Of a stretch of DNA of 64,000 nucleotides, positions 1 through 12,771 are shown in pieces. Made by a program: the position numbers and the translations under genes. Position 1 is the first letter of the stretch; the number at the start of each line of letters is the position of its first letter. Source of the stretch: Mytilus trossulus (taxonomy: Eukaryota); NCBI RefSeq assembly GCF_036588685.1, contig NC_086378.1, positions 61,566,001 to 61,630,000 of the forward strand, read 5' to 3'. Under the pieces are notes generated by a model. That model was not told the DNA's origin and searched no databases. It saw nothing but the letters and a program-made list of their open reading frames with translations.

Positions 1-2572
1 GTCGCAGACCACGAAAGCTAGTTTCGGAGCCATATCAAAACTGGAAAGACGCTATAACTGATTTAAAGCGACATGCATCATCCGAAACACATTTTAACTC
101 TATAGTAAGACTATCTGGGTTCCAAGAAACGTATATGAGACCAGAGTCTAGAATTGCAAATGCAAGGGGTGACACATTAATTGCGAAAAATCGACAGATT
201 TTGAAATCACTCATCAAATGTCTCGAGTTTTGTGGTAGGCGCGGATTGGCTCTTCGAGGCCATCGAGATGACGATAAAATCCAAGATAACACACAAGATT
301 ATAATATAGGTAACTATAAGGAACTAGTTAAGTTTCGCGCAGAGGCAGGTGACTCCATCTTGGATGACCATTTGAAACAATGTGCTAAAAATGCATCATA
401 TACGTCAAAAACTTCTCAAAATGAATTGTTAGCATGCATCAAGAGGTTTATCCAACAGACAATCGTTGATGAAGTAAAGGCTCAACCGCTTGGTCCACAT
501 TTCGGATATCAATGCGATGAGGTGTCGGATGCTAGTAACTGGGAACAACTCGGGATTGTTATACGATATCTTAGGGACGGTAGTCCAGTAGAAAAATTGC
601 TTGAATTTGTCCAAGCAGAAGAGACAACAGGCTCGGCACTTTGTGGTTTGATAGTAAAAGCTTTGACGGATGCTGGATTGGATATCCAGTTTTGTCGCGC
701 GCAGACCATGGATGGCGCTGGCAATATGTCTGGTAAGAATCTAGGTTGCGCGGCGCAGTTTACCCGACTGTCACCAAGGACAGTTTATCATTACTGCGCT
801 AGCCATAACCTCAATCTAGTACTATGCAAATGTTGCAATGTTCCAGAAATACAATTGATGTTAGATAGCTTAAAACAACTCGGGATATTTTTCAAGTATT
901 CTCCGAAACGGAGTCGATGTCTCGAAAAAGCTGTAGATGAGATAAATTCGAACAGGGATGTACAAAACAAAATAACAAAACAGAAATTTAAGGTCTTCTG
1001 TGAAACAAGATGGTGCGAAAAAATTACGACCCTCGGCAGCTTTTCTACCATGTACGAGCCAATCATATCTTGTTTGGAGGAAATTAGCTCTAACGTTGGA
1101 CGCACCTGGGACAAGAAAGCTGTTATTGACGCTAAAGGGCTACTTACAAAAATAACTGATTCTACTTTTATAGTTAGTTTCCAAACTGTCCACAACTTTT
1201 TTGGGTATGTTACAGGGTTGAGCAGAAAACTCCAAGGGTCTACACTCGATATTGTAGAAGGTTATAAAATGATTGATACCGTCAAAGCTTTAGTAAAAGC
1301 AACACGAGATGACGAAACGGAGTTTGACACCGTGTTTGAAAAAGCTACGGCAATGGCTGAAGTTGCCGATATTGGGGGTATCAAGGCTCCAAGACGATGT
1401 GGGCGCCAGACACAACGCAGTAATGTCCCTGCCGACAATGTTCAAGTTTATTACCGACGTGCAGTTTTTCTTCCATTTTTAGATTCTATGATTCAACAGT
1501 TCGAGATTCGGTTTGGTGAACGTGCTGTTTCAGTTGTAAGGGCATTGGCTCTAATCCCTAACAACATTCACCAAACCACAGATGAAGCAATCGACGACAT
1601 TATTAATTATTATGAAGTTGACATGCCATTTCCTGACTCATTTAGGCAAGAGTTTCGACTATGGAAAGAATTATGGCGTGTCCAGAATGAAAAACCGACT
1701 ACATTAACGTCTACTTTAACAGACCCAAGAGTGTGCAGGACGATCTTTCCTAACATCGTCAAACTCCTAGGTCTACTTTCATTGACAAGCGTCACGTCAA
1801 GTTCTACAGAAAGGGCAAACTCGTCCCTTAAATATATCAAAACCTTCTCGCGAAATACAATGGGAGAAGAACGTTTAAATGCCCTGTTGCTTTTATATGT
1901 ACACAAAAACATTAAACTTGACTACGAAAAAATTATTGACGATTTTTCTCGTAGAAATCCGAGGAAGATGCTTTTGGTCAATCCTATGGCTTAGCACTAG
2001 AAACTAAATAAAAAATGTTTTCTGTGGATTTATTTTTTAATGTAATGCATGAATAAAGTAAAACATCAGTTATATAAGTAGGTATAGTCAGATGCATCTT
2101 GGGTGTGCATCGCAAATTTGCGATGCATTCCTAAGATGCTAGTTGTGACCTATGACTTGGCTAGGGAGATTTTTCCATATAAAAAAGAAGATATGGTATG
2201 AATGCCAATGAGACAAATATCCATAAAATACCAAAAATTACACAAACATTAACAACTATAGGTCACCGTCCATGTCCACTTTTAAACGACAAATTTCACA
2301 TCAATTTTATGTACATAGCTTTTGATCCATTCAGTCAGTTGAATTTGTATAATAAACAATTAATGGGGAGAATACGACATCAAAAATGTCTAACCCATTT
2401 ACGTTTTCTATAAAACATACATGGTCCACGTCAGAAACCGTTAATTTGTACAATTTATACTTATTTTATGTTTTTAAGCCAAAAAAAAGGTCAAAAAAAA
2501 TTTTCGCCGCTCTCCGCTCGGCGAAGGTTGGGATCTACGCCCCCCCTTTCTTAAAACCTGGATCCGCCCCTG
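1..2572 (+). mobile_element. Autonomous hAT DNA transposon, right portion ending in TIR ...CCTGGATCCGCCCCTG
   Basis: Transposase ORF, AATAAA signals near 2007 and 2052, then terminus CCTGGATCCGCCCCTG ending at 2572. Related termini end at 6448, 20345 and 63898. Confidence 0.88.
3..1994 (+). CDS. hAT-superfamily transposase (TTF zinc finger end + DUF4371 + hAT dimerisation domain; P52rIPK/ZMYM1-like group), 5' end outside window
   Basis: The frame of ORF 135..1994 is open back to position 3 (RRPRKLVSEPYQNWKDAITDLKRHASSETH, TTF-type zinc-finger end). Motifs: GLALRGH, QCDEVSD (D1), QTMDGAGNM (D2), HYCASHNLNL (CxxH), ETRW, STERANSSLKYIKT..RNTMGEERLNALLLL (E and dimerisation domain). No stops or frameshifts. 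Confidence 0.95.
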   Translation, partial: RRPRKLVSEPYQNWKDAITDLKRHASSETHFNSIVRLSGFQETYMRPESRIANARGDTLIAKNRQILKSLIKCLEFCGRRGLALRGHRDDDKIQDNTQDYNIGNYKELVKFRAEAGDSILDDHLKQCAKNASYTSKTSQNELLACIKRFIQQTIVDEVKAQPLGPHFGYQCDEVSDASNWEQLGIVIRYLRDGSPVEKLLEFVQAEETTGSALCGLIVKALTDAGLDIQFCRAQTMDGAGNMSGKNLGCAAQFTRLSPRTVYHYCASHNLNLVLCKCCNVPEIQLMLDSLKQLGIFFKYSPKRSRCLEKAVDEINSNRDVQNKITKQKFKVFCETRWCEKITTLGSFSTMYEPIISCLEEISSNVGRTWDKKAVIDAKGLLTKITDSTFIVSFQTVHNFFGYVTGLSRKLQGSTLDIVEGYKMIDTVKALVKATRDDETEFDTVFEKATAMAEVADIGGIKAPRRCGRQTQRSNVPADNVQVYYRRAVFLPFLDSMIQQFEIRFGERAVSVVRALALIPNNIHQTTDEAIDDIINYYEVDMPFPDSFRQEFRLWKELWRVQNEKPTTLTSTLTDPRVCRTIFPNIVKLLGLLSLTSVTSSSTERANSSLKYIKTFSRNTMGEERLNALLLLYVHKNIKLDYEKIIDDFSRRNPRKMLLVNPMA

Positions 2573-3718
2573 AAGTCCTAGAGATCTTGGAAGAATAAGT
2601 AGAAGTTGAAAATGTGCACTCTCTTTCATAAATATTGATTTAAGAATTACTAAAATTTCAAAGTCTGTAAAAATGAGAAAAAAATCCTCAAACAATCCAG
2701 TAAAAGCAGATACACACATCTTCAGCATGTGTACAATCTTTCATAGAAGTTTTAGTATTTTGGTTGAAAACTCATACCGGTACTCTCTTTCATAAATTTT
2801 AGATGAATGACAATAAATTCCCAATGTAGAAAAAATTAGAAAGATTCCCCAAACAGTCTAATATTAGCTGGTGCAACTTCATCATGTTTACAATCTTTCT
2901 GTGAAGGATTTAGGTTTACAACTAGTACCTCTTTCATTTTTCTGAAATATTGACAAAAGTTCCCAAGCCTGAATAAATAAGAAAATATTCCTCAAACAGT
3001 CCATTATAGCAGGTGCACAACTTATATATGCAATCTTCATAAGAAAAACTTTATGTGTTGATTATTAAAATTACTTATCCTGACCCACATGTGTGGTACA
3101 TCAACAAATAAACCCGTTTTGAACTTCTTCCAACCTAGCCAATTATCTGTTCCATGACCACGTCTGCCAACAGGACCAATATGGTTAATAATAGAATAAT
3201 GGGTCAAATACAATTTTTGTTGCACCTGTGCTTGAATTTGCAGCATGCAAAACATAGTTATACTAATCTGGTTGCAGCAGCATAAACTATTTATTTAAAG
3301 GTTTATGTTTCAGAAGATAGAAGATGGATGCTACATACCTTCAATGAAGATACCTTATGTTACGAAATTTTTATCTGGCATTGTCCTTGACCTCATTTTC
3401 ATGGTTCAGTGAAGAAAAAAGGTTAAGTATAATACTCTCTTGTTATGAGTATTAGGATAACTATATTTTGTATATGGTTTCTTGCAAAGTCTACATGACC
3501 TTATTATTGGAATTCAGTGATCAAGATAAAAGTTACATGGTCAAGTCCATATGTCGGATATCATAGTATAAGCAATACATCAACTATATTTTGTCTATGG
3601 AATGACTGTTCATTGGACAATGCTAAGTTTTTGTGGATTGGTCTATTTCTCCGATACTTTTCTTAGATTTAAGCAATAGGGCCACTATATTTGGTTAATA
3701 TAATGCCATCTCGGGTGT

Positions 3719-4958
3719 ATATAAAATTGAGAATGGAAATGGGGAATGTGTCAAAGAGACAACAACCCGACCAAAATAAAAAAAAAACAACAGCAGAAGG
3801 TCACCAACAGGTCTTCAATGTAGCGAGAAATTCCCGCACCCGGAGGCGTCCTTCAGCTGGCCCCTAAACAAATATATACTAGTTCAGTGATAATGAACGC
3901 CATACTAATTTCCAAATTGTACACAAGAAACTAATATAAAAATAATACAAGACTAACAAAGGCCAGAGGCTCCTGACTTGGGACAGGCGCAAAAATGCGG
4001 CGGGGTTAAACATGTTTGTGAGATCTCAACCCTCCCCCTATACCTCTAACCAATGTAGAAAAATAAACGCATAACAATACGCACATTAAAATTCAGTTCA
4101 AGAGAAGTCCGAGTCTGATGTCAGAAGATGTAACCAAAGAAAATAAACAAAATGACAATAATACATAACAACAGACTACTAGCAGTTAACTGACATGCCA
4201 GCTCCAGACTTCAATTAAACTGACTGAAAGATTATGATTTCATCATATGAACCTCAGGCACAATCCTTCCCGTTAGGGGTTTAGTATCATACCATCATAA
4301 CATATATGAGAAGAACATAACCCGTGTCATGCCAACAACTGTTTTTAGAATAAATGTCTTTAGTTCCGACGCAAAGACCTTATCAGTGACTCAATATTAA
4401 CGCCAAAATATGCAATCTTTAATGACTTGACAACAGTATCGTAATTATATCCCTTCTTAATCAGTCTATTTAAAGGTTTTGTAAGTTTCTGAGGTGAATA
4501 CTGACACCTTTGTGCTTTATAAAGAATATTTCCATAAAAAACTGGATGTGAAATACCTGAACGTATAAAAAATCTGCATGTTGAGCTATATTTACGAATG
4601 ATGTCTTTATACCGATGATAAAATTTAGTAAAAGTTTTGACTAGTTTGTGATATTGAAAACCCTGGTGTAATAATTTTTCAGTAATACATAAATTTCTCT
4701 CGTTAAAATCTAAAACATTGTTACAAACACGAGCGAATCGTACAAGTTGAGATATATAAACACTGTAAGATGCAAGGGAACGTCACCATCTAAAAACGGA
4801 TAATTAACGATAGGAAATGAAAAATCATCCCTTTTATCATAAATTTTAGTATTCAGCTTTCCGTTAGTGTTATAGATATCAAGATCGAGGAAAGGGCAGT
4901 GGTCATTATTAGTATTAGCTTTATTTAAAGTAAGTTCAGCAGGATAAATTTCATTAAT
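3719..4958 (-). mobile_element. 5'-truncated Penelope-like retroelement (probably Naiad clade): RT C-terminus plus 3' UTR
   Basis: Minus-strand translation NEIYPAELTL..CPFLDLDI..TKIYDKRDDFSFPIVNYPFLDGDVP, frameshift near 4770, then SYSVYISQLVRFARVC..EKLLHQGFQYHKLVKTFTKFYHRY..RSLRRN* (stop ~4360). No C-terminal GIY-YIG domain. The 3' UTR recurs as a dispersed repeat elsewhere in the window. Confidence 0.85.
4244..4308 (-). promoter_or_regulatory. SECIS element (form 2) in the 3' UTR of the Penelope-like element
   Basis: Minus strand CAUAU-AUGUU-AUGAU-GGUAUGAU-ACU-AAA-CCC-CUAAC-GGG-AAGG-AUUGUGCC-UGAG-GUUC-AUAUG: helix 1, AUGA/UGA core, 8-bp helix 2, apical AAA and CCC/GGG mini-stem, ~50 nt after the ORF stop. 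Confidence 0.75.
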
Positions 4959-6293
4959 ACTAGAACACACCCGTGATATCGCGGGTCCATGACTGAATTA
5001 AAGTATTATATAACTATGCGCAAGCCTTATTTCAGTATTATTATTGTCATCTGATAAAGTCATGCTGATTATAAGATACACAGTTTTCTCTGTTAAAGTG
5101 TTTTCAAATCTTTCTGTTTGAACCCGTCGAACTTGAACTGTGATTAGTATTCGTTTTGTTATCTTAGAAAGTCTTGCTGGTTAAAATACTACAATAGGTA
5201 ACAATTTGGCAATGGTTGATGGAATTTAGTAGTGTCAACCCTGTGATTATGACCCGTGTAAATAACATAGTCTTAAATACACCGTTTGGTGGTGCTCCTG
5301 TCAGATGCGGTCAGTTATATTATAAGGGTATGGATCAATTGTGAGACATTCATGTCTGTCTGGTAGTGTTCATTGATCAATGATACTTTTCGAGATTTTG
5401 TCATCAAATCAGATACAAGAAACAATAGTTCAACTATGTTTGGTGTATAAAATGACTAATATGTACATGGCTGTTGTTTGCTCTATGGTCGGGAGGTTGT
5501 CGCTTTGACATATTCACCATTTCCTTTCTCAATTTTATGTCTGCCTAGCAGGGTACATATGACCTTGAACTCATTTTAATGGTTAAGTGGTTAATGTTAA
5601 GCTAGATTATTTATAACATACGGAGATACTTTAAAAGCAAACAAATTAAAAAGACAAGACCTAGAAATAAGTCAACATGGCCTAAATCATCTTTCGACCT
5701 TTTTTTATTTTGATAAAGTGAAATTTTAAATAGTAAACAGAATCCACAAGACAAGATAACTTAGGTGAAATTATCAAGTGTTTTGGTAAAACTATAGAGA
5801 TAGAGTGAAACTACAAATAGAAGAAAACATCAGAAAATACAAAATCGGCAGATTTTAGTGGTGGGTTTCGTGTTGCTTAGTCTTTAGTTTTCTATGTTGT
5901 GTACTGTTATTTGCCTGTTTGTCTTTTCTGTACATTGCTCGCGGTACGTTGATCTATCATCACCGCGCATTATTTTTCATTTATTAATACGTTTTCTTTA
6001 GGTTGTACCTTCTGGAAAGCCGTGGTGTTTATCGATGCTGATGACGAGATCACAACACATTAAAAACTTACAAAAGGCTTTACGAAATAAATAAACCTTT
6101 TACACGGAAATGAGACTACTATATTATAACACACATCTGTTATAGTAGTCTCAGCATATAATGATACTCAAAACATTAGTTTTCTGAATCACAATGGGCA
6201 AACTTGAATAATATAATAAGGAGACAACATCATTTATTATCAACGCTATCGAATGCCTGTAAGGACCTTAAAACATGTAAAGGTCTTGGTGTC

Positions 6294-6448
6294 CAGTGGC
6301 GGATCCAGAGGGGGGGGGGGGGGGTTCCGGGGGTGCGCACCCCCCTTTATTTTTGCCGATCAATGCATTTGTATCGGGACATATGTTTTGCACCCCCCTT
6401 TGCCCTGGGTTAGCACCCCCCTTTCGAAAATTCCTGCATCCGCCCCTG
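6294..6448. mobile_element. hAT-type MITE (155 bp) with 5-bp TSD GTGTC
   Basis: Ends CAGTGGCGGATCCAG / CTGCATCCGCCCCTG. GTGTC at 6289-6293 and 6449-6453. Confidence 0.88.
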
Positions 6449-7026
6449 GTGTCAACAACAAAAAAAAGCACTAGTCGTACATGAGTATGTTATTTGTCAG
6501 GAGCGTAACTTGGCATTTGTCGCTTTGCAACTGCAGCTCAATGATTCTCAATGTTTTTAGGCTATCATGGACATGTTTCCCAGAGCACGAACGTACAAAT
6601 TCGGAGTGCTAATGAGACAACTCTCCATCCAAGTCACAATTTGTAAAAGTAAACCAATATAGGTCAAAGTACGGTTATTATTGTCTGTAATATGAGGTAA
6701 GGATCATATTAATCCTGTCAGACAACATGATGATGTACAATATCATGCAATCATTCCATATATAAGAAAATGCCTGTACCAAGTCAAGAATATGACAGTT
6801 GTTTGATGTGTTTGAGCTTTTGGTTTTGCCATTTGAATAAGAACTTTCCTTTTTTATATTTCCCTTGGAGTTCAGTATTTTGGTTATTTTACTTTTTATA
6901 CTTGTGCTGCTGCTACTTATATCTAATTTTGGATTATCTAAACTTTTGACACAGAGAAATGCCTCACGTTTTGAAATTTTGGCGGTATGATGGAGATGTG
7001 ATGTTGAAATATAAAAAAAAGTAATA

Positions 7027-7221
7027 TTTACAGCCGATTCCATTGAGTGTGTAGGCAAAGGTATTATCTTTGGTTAGCTTGCTTACTAGCTGAACCTTGA
7101 AGTCATTATTAGGTAAGGGATACTATCCTCCTTTCGAAGTAGCCTAGTCTTACAAATAGATTGATTTGATATCTGTCAGACTACTACCTTTGCCTACACA
7201 CTCAATGCAATCGGCTATAAA
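7027..7221. mobile_element. MITE-like element with ~37-bp terminal inverted repeats
   Basis: TTTACAGCCGATTCCATTGAGTGTGTAGGCAAAGGTA is mirrored by TACCTTTGCCTACACACTCAATGCAATCGGCTATAAA. Confidence 0.7.
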
Positions 7222-7329
7222 CATGTACACTGCAAACCATTGAAAATCAAAGAATCACGACCGAAGATGCAGGGCTATTAAAGTAACCTCCATGATTCAT
7301 ATATGAAATGCTAATGCTTATGAAACTGC

Positions 7330-10300
7330 AATCAAACTCTTCGCTGAGCGCAGCCTGATACGACCATAGAGGTCGAATCCTGAACAGTTGGTGAAAGTTT
7401 GGACACAATATTCAAGCTTGATACGGTCTGACTTTTGATTGTGATCATATATTTGACATAGTATAGGTTTTTGACACAAAAATAACACTGAGCAATAAAC
7501 CGTGAAAATGAGGTCAAGATCAAATAAAATCTTGGCCACTGACGTATAGATCATAAAATATTTCCAAACATTTGAACACAAGTTATTGTTTGGAAACTAC
7601 AAACAAGAGTGTACACGCTGAAATGTCTCGCCTTCTTTATTAATTATTAATATTATGTTGATAGTCCTAAATATTAAGCTTTATTAAAAATGTCACATAA
7701 ACTTAACAATTTCATTAACCAAGAAAACTTAACAGTGACCAATGAACCATAAAAATGTGGTCAATGCAAGGTCAGATAAACCATGCCAGGTAGATTTGTG
7801 CAGCTAACAATTCTTCCATACAACATATATACTAGTAATATGTCGACCTATTCAGTGGTTATTATTTAAGAAAAACAGACCAAAACACAAAATCTTAACA
7901 CTGAAAAATTAACTGTGAAAATGAGGTCAAGGTCAAATAAAACCTGCTCTTTTGATATATATAGATTCTAAAATATTTGCATACACCAAACATAGTTGAC
8001 CTATAGCATTAAAGTATTAGAAAAAAAGACCAAAAAATCAAAAATTAACTTTGAGCACTAAACCATGAAAAAGAGGTCAAGGTTAGATGAAACCTGCAAA
8101 CTAGACATGTACACCGTACAATCATTCCATACACAAAACATAGTTGTGCTATTGCATGCAGTATAAGAAAAACAGACCAAAACACTAAAACTCAACACTG
8201 AACCGTTAAAATGAGGTCAAGGTCAAATACAAGCTTATCGACTGACATATAGATTATAAAAAGTTTCCATACACCAAACATAGTTGACCTATTGCATAAA
8301 GTATTAAAAAAAAGACAAAAACTCAAAAACTTAACTATTTTAAACTACTGAACCATGTAAATGAGGTCAAGGTCATATGACACCTGCCAGATGTGCATGT
8401 ACACCTTATAGTCTTTCCATATACAGAATACACTAGACCTACTGCTTATTGTATATCCTATATATGGACGTGACCACCATCGAAACTTAACCTTGTTCAC
8501 GGATCAATGAAATGAGGTCAAGGTCAAGTGAACACTGTCTGAAGGACACGAGGACATTGCAAGGTACGCACATACCAAATATAGTTATCCTATTACTTAA
8601 TAAAGAGAGAATTTAACATTAAAGTTAATCTTAACTTTGTTTCAAGTAGTCACTGAACCATGAAAATGAGGTCAATGACATTGGACAGACAGAAACTTCG
8701 TAACATAAGGCATCAATAAACAAAGTATGAAACTTCCAGGTCTTCCAACTTCTTAAATATAAAGCTCTGAAGAAGTTAGCTTATGCTGCCGCCGCCTCCA
8801 GATCACTTTCCTATTTCGAACTTTCTAAGACAAAAGTCGCAGGCTCTGCTCGATAAAAATGGTGATTTTTTTTTCTACTTAAAAATTACAAAACGTTTGG
8901 GGCAATCACCCTCAAACTCAATCCCAGCTTTCCCTTAGTGATATGGAACCTTGTGGTACACTTTCAAAGAGATCCATAAACTTATACACAAGCTATTGTT
9001 CGGGAACTAGAAAAAATTGCTTCGCTGAGCCTGAACAGTTTGGGCAAATTTGGACACAATATTCAAGCTTGATGCTATCTGAATATGGATTGTGATCAAA
9101 TTTTTGACATAGTATTGGTTTCCGACACAAAATAAATGTCAAGATGTTACAAATCTATTGCTTAATACTGTGCAATTAAAGATTCTTCTTAAATTAAAAA
9201 AAATTGAATTTTGAAAAATAATTTGAACCCCTAAACAAAAATTGGAACCCTCCAAACTTTAAAGAAAAACCTTGGAGCAATAACCCCCACACTAAATCCT
9301 ATCCTTTTCTTTGTAGTATGGAACCTTGCAGTACAATTTCAGAGAGATCCATACTCAAGTTATTGTCTCGAAACAAGAAGAAAAAAAAACTTGGTTTTGA
9401 CCCTTTTTTGGCCCCTAATTCCTGCATATATTGGGCAATTACCCATAACTCAATCCTAGCCTTCCTTTTGTAATAATCCCAGCCTTAATTTTGTGATATG
9501 GTACCTTGGGGTAAAATGTTAGAGAGAACAAGAAACTTTGTCCAGAAACTACAAAAATGCTTGTTTTTGGCCCTTAATTCCCAAACTGTAACCCATAACC
9601 CCCAAAATAAATCCAAACCTTCCACTTGTGGTACAATTTTCAAGCAATTTTAATAATTATATATATATACACAAGTTATTATCCTGACAGTAGAAAAATG
9701 CTTTTTGGTCCCTATTTGGCCCCCAATTCCGAACCGGTTGGGACCATCATCCCCAACCTTCCTAGTAAATTTAGAGATCCAGACTGAAACTTAAGTCCAA
9801 ATATGTCTTCAGACTACGCAGAAGACGACAACATACCATCATATGTATAAAAATGCTTGTTTTTTTACCCTAATTCCGCAACAGTTGAGGCAATTATCTC
9901 AAGAAATCAATCCCAGCCTTGCCATTGTGAAATGAAACCTTGTGTTACAATTTTAGAGCGACCCGTACACGTCTACAAAGGTTAATGTCTGGAAACTAGA
10001 CAAATGCTTCTTGTATTGCCCCTTATCCCTAAACATTTGAGGCAATCACTCCTAAACTCAATCCCAACCTTCTCTTTGTGATATAGAATCTTGTGGCACA
10101 ATTTTAGAGAGAACAATACACTTAAACACCAGTTGTTTTCTGGAAACTAGACAAATGCTTGTTTTTTGGCCCCTAATTCCTAAACTGTTGGTACCATAAC
10201 CCCTAAAATAAATCCCAACCTTCCTTTTGTGGTATTGAACCTTTAATATGATAAAATGTCATAGAGATCCATTAAGTTAAACTAAAGTAATGGTGCGTAA

Positions 10301-10360
10301 ACCTTTGGACGACGACATGATACCAATATACGACTTCAATTTCTTTTTGCAGTCATATAA
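7330..10360. repeat. Nested Helentron/HINE-like non-autonomous elements with two internal ~150-bp tandem arrays
   Basis: AAAATGAGGTCAAGGTCA recurs at roughly 150-bp spacing (~7505-8670) and GGCCCCTAATTCC-type units recur at ~9410-10170. Head TTCGCTGAGC..CTGAACAGTT..GGACACAATATTCAAGCTTGAT is duplicated (~7340, ~9022). Short terminal hairpins at ~8835 and ~10330. Family assignment is inference. Confidence 0.65.
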
Positions 10361-12090
10361 AGATATTATCGACTTTTCATATGTGGTTCCTTTTGAACTA
10401 ACCTAAAGTCCTAAACACAAAATTTCACTTGTAAACTCTAAAAAAGTTTCAAAGTCAGTGAACCATAATGATGGGGTGAGGCTATATAAACTCCATGGAA
10501 ATGCGACTTGCATATACCAATACAATATACCGGATATCATTGACCTGGAATTAGGTCTTTATGGCTTAAACTAATCTAATCAATCATTAACAAGTTAAAA
10601 ATACAAAACATGATTGAATTGGTGTATGTGTGTGTAATGATTGAGCCAAACAATCTCCAGGGATATGAGATGTGCCAATGCCAACACATCCATTGACCTT
10701 ACACCTCAGTGTTTACCATCAACTTGACCTCATTAACTTTAACATATTCTAATAATACAAAACATGACTGAAATTGGTGTATGTGTGTGTGTAGAGATAG
10801 AGCCAAACAATCTTCAAGGATATGAGATTGTAACATCCAGCTGCATACCAAATATCATTGATGGTGACCTACCACTATAGTTTCCCTGAAACTGACCTTA
10901 TCAAATTAATACATGTAATCTAAGAAAACTTTAAGAAGTCAATAGACCAAAGATAATCAGGTGCACTGAAACTATATCTTTTTGTCAAAGCAGATATTGT
11001 TTAACTCATTAATTGAAGTAGAGGAAACAGGAAATATTAGTCTTTTTGTCATTTTGACTGTCAGATGTTAGTCCTCCTTTTATTCCTTGATCTTGATGAT
11101 TAATTTCTGTACAAGTTGCATAGCAATGAATAAAAGTTAAAAAATAATTCATGTCAAAAAATCAGTTGTAACAGGTCAACAGTTTATATAAGGAGTTATA
11201 TAATGACATGTTTAACATGTTCTTTTAAAAAAAGGCAAAATATAGTCATAATAGTACGAGAATGATAACATTTTTTTATTTACAGAAACTTCAACTTGTA
11301 AACAGTGAATTTCAATATCAACACATCATAGATATAATTAAACAAACAATAAAAAGCCAACATAGACAATAAAAGGCCATACTAGCTGGATTTTGTACTT
11401 TGGATTTTCAAGCATTATTTAATGTTATTAATAAAGTTATCATCTTTTTAGCATGTACAATATTAAAATATCTACATCATTTATAAAGATCTAATATTAA
11501 TTCATTTGTCTATCAGTGTTCTGTATTTCAAATTTATTAGAGTTATTTCCCTTTTATATGAGTATTTTAGAACAATATTTGGGACTTTGTCCTTTCAATT
11601 CTTTTTATTATTTGTATTTTTGATTCAAACTTGTTTTTTTTTTTTTAAATATCCCAATTACATTTTTAACTGCTTTCTTTATACAGGTACACAACTAAAG
11701 CAGTTGAATTAATATCACGCCTCAATTATCCTTGCACAAAAAAATAATTCCAGAAAAGGAGAAAACTCTGTACAAACTTTAAAATATAAAAATCAGTTCT
11801 ACATATTTCAGATAAACAATTAAAAAGTTTTCCCCAATTTTTTTAAATCCAAGTTCATTGTCAATAAAACATGTTTTTTGTTCTTTTCTGAGATGTAAAA
11901 TCATAACTTATACCAATTTTAGCACATTTTGTGTGCAGACTTATGGAATCACTCATAAAATGCACATCTGACATTTTTCATTTCACATGAACAATACACA
12001 AGATACACACATAAAGACAAGAAGAACTTGCAAAACTTACACAAAAATGTAGAACTGTGAAAAAAAATAATAGAGCAACATTTATAAATA

Positions 12091-12292
12091 CTGTAAATTA
12101 ATTCAGAAATTATTGCATGCATTTATTATTGTTATTTTGTCATTATAGACTAATATGCAATTTTTATTTTTGCTAAAATGAGAAAAATTCTATTAAAGTT
12201 ATATAACTAAATTTCAAAATGCAAGTTTGAATTATTGCAATTATAACCCTGTTGCAATAAAAAAAACATCGCAATAATTTCTGAATTTACAG
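12091..12292. mobile_element. TA-flanked MITE (Tc1/mariner-like) in the presumed zinc-finger gene 3' UTR
   Basis: TA|CTGTAAATT(AATT)CAGAAATTATTGC ... GCAATAATTTCTGAATTTACAG|TA. Confidence 0.7.
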
Positions 12293-12771
12293 TAATTGAA
12301 TCTGATCATGAATACATACATTAACAAATATTAATTATATTTAATTTTGAGATGTCAAATTGTACCATGATCATACATTTGAAAAATGTAATGAAATCCT
12401 TGAAAAAAATACAAAATTTGGTAAAAATAATTTGCATGAAGGAGTGAATCTTGTGACTTTGAAATAAATAATACAGTACACACAATATAGTTCAGTTACT
12501 AGTAGTAAATTTGGTATTTAGTGAATCACTGTGAATCAGGGTACTGGTATAGAGATTAATAATTTGATAGAAGTTTGATTTGATGCCTGCCCTGTCTTTT
12601 TCATATATCAAAAACAACTGTTAACACTTGAAGTAATACATGTGAATGTACAGATAGAGATAAATTAAACCAAAACACCAGTCATGCCGGTATTCCCTGT
12701 GAAAAAAAACCCAAAACCCACATGTTTAACTTAATCACCATCAATGTTATTGTATAATACAGTATTGCTTA

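Noticed and set aside
3800-3870. GC-rich segment of the PLE 3' UTR as an HDV-like ribozyme
   Set aside because: I could not build the P1/P2/P3/P1.1 nested pseudoknot by eye. A covariance search would be needed.
6035-6060. CTGATGA as a hammerhead core
   Set aside because: No stem II or GAAA follows.
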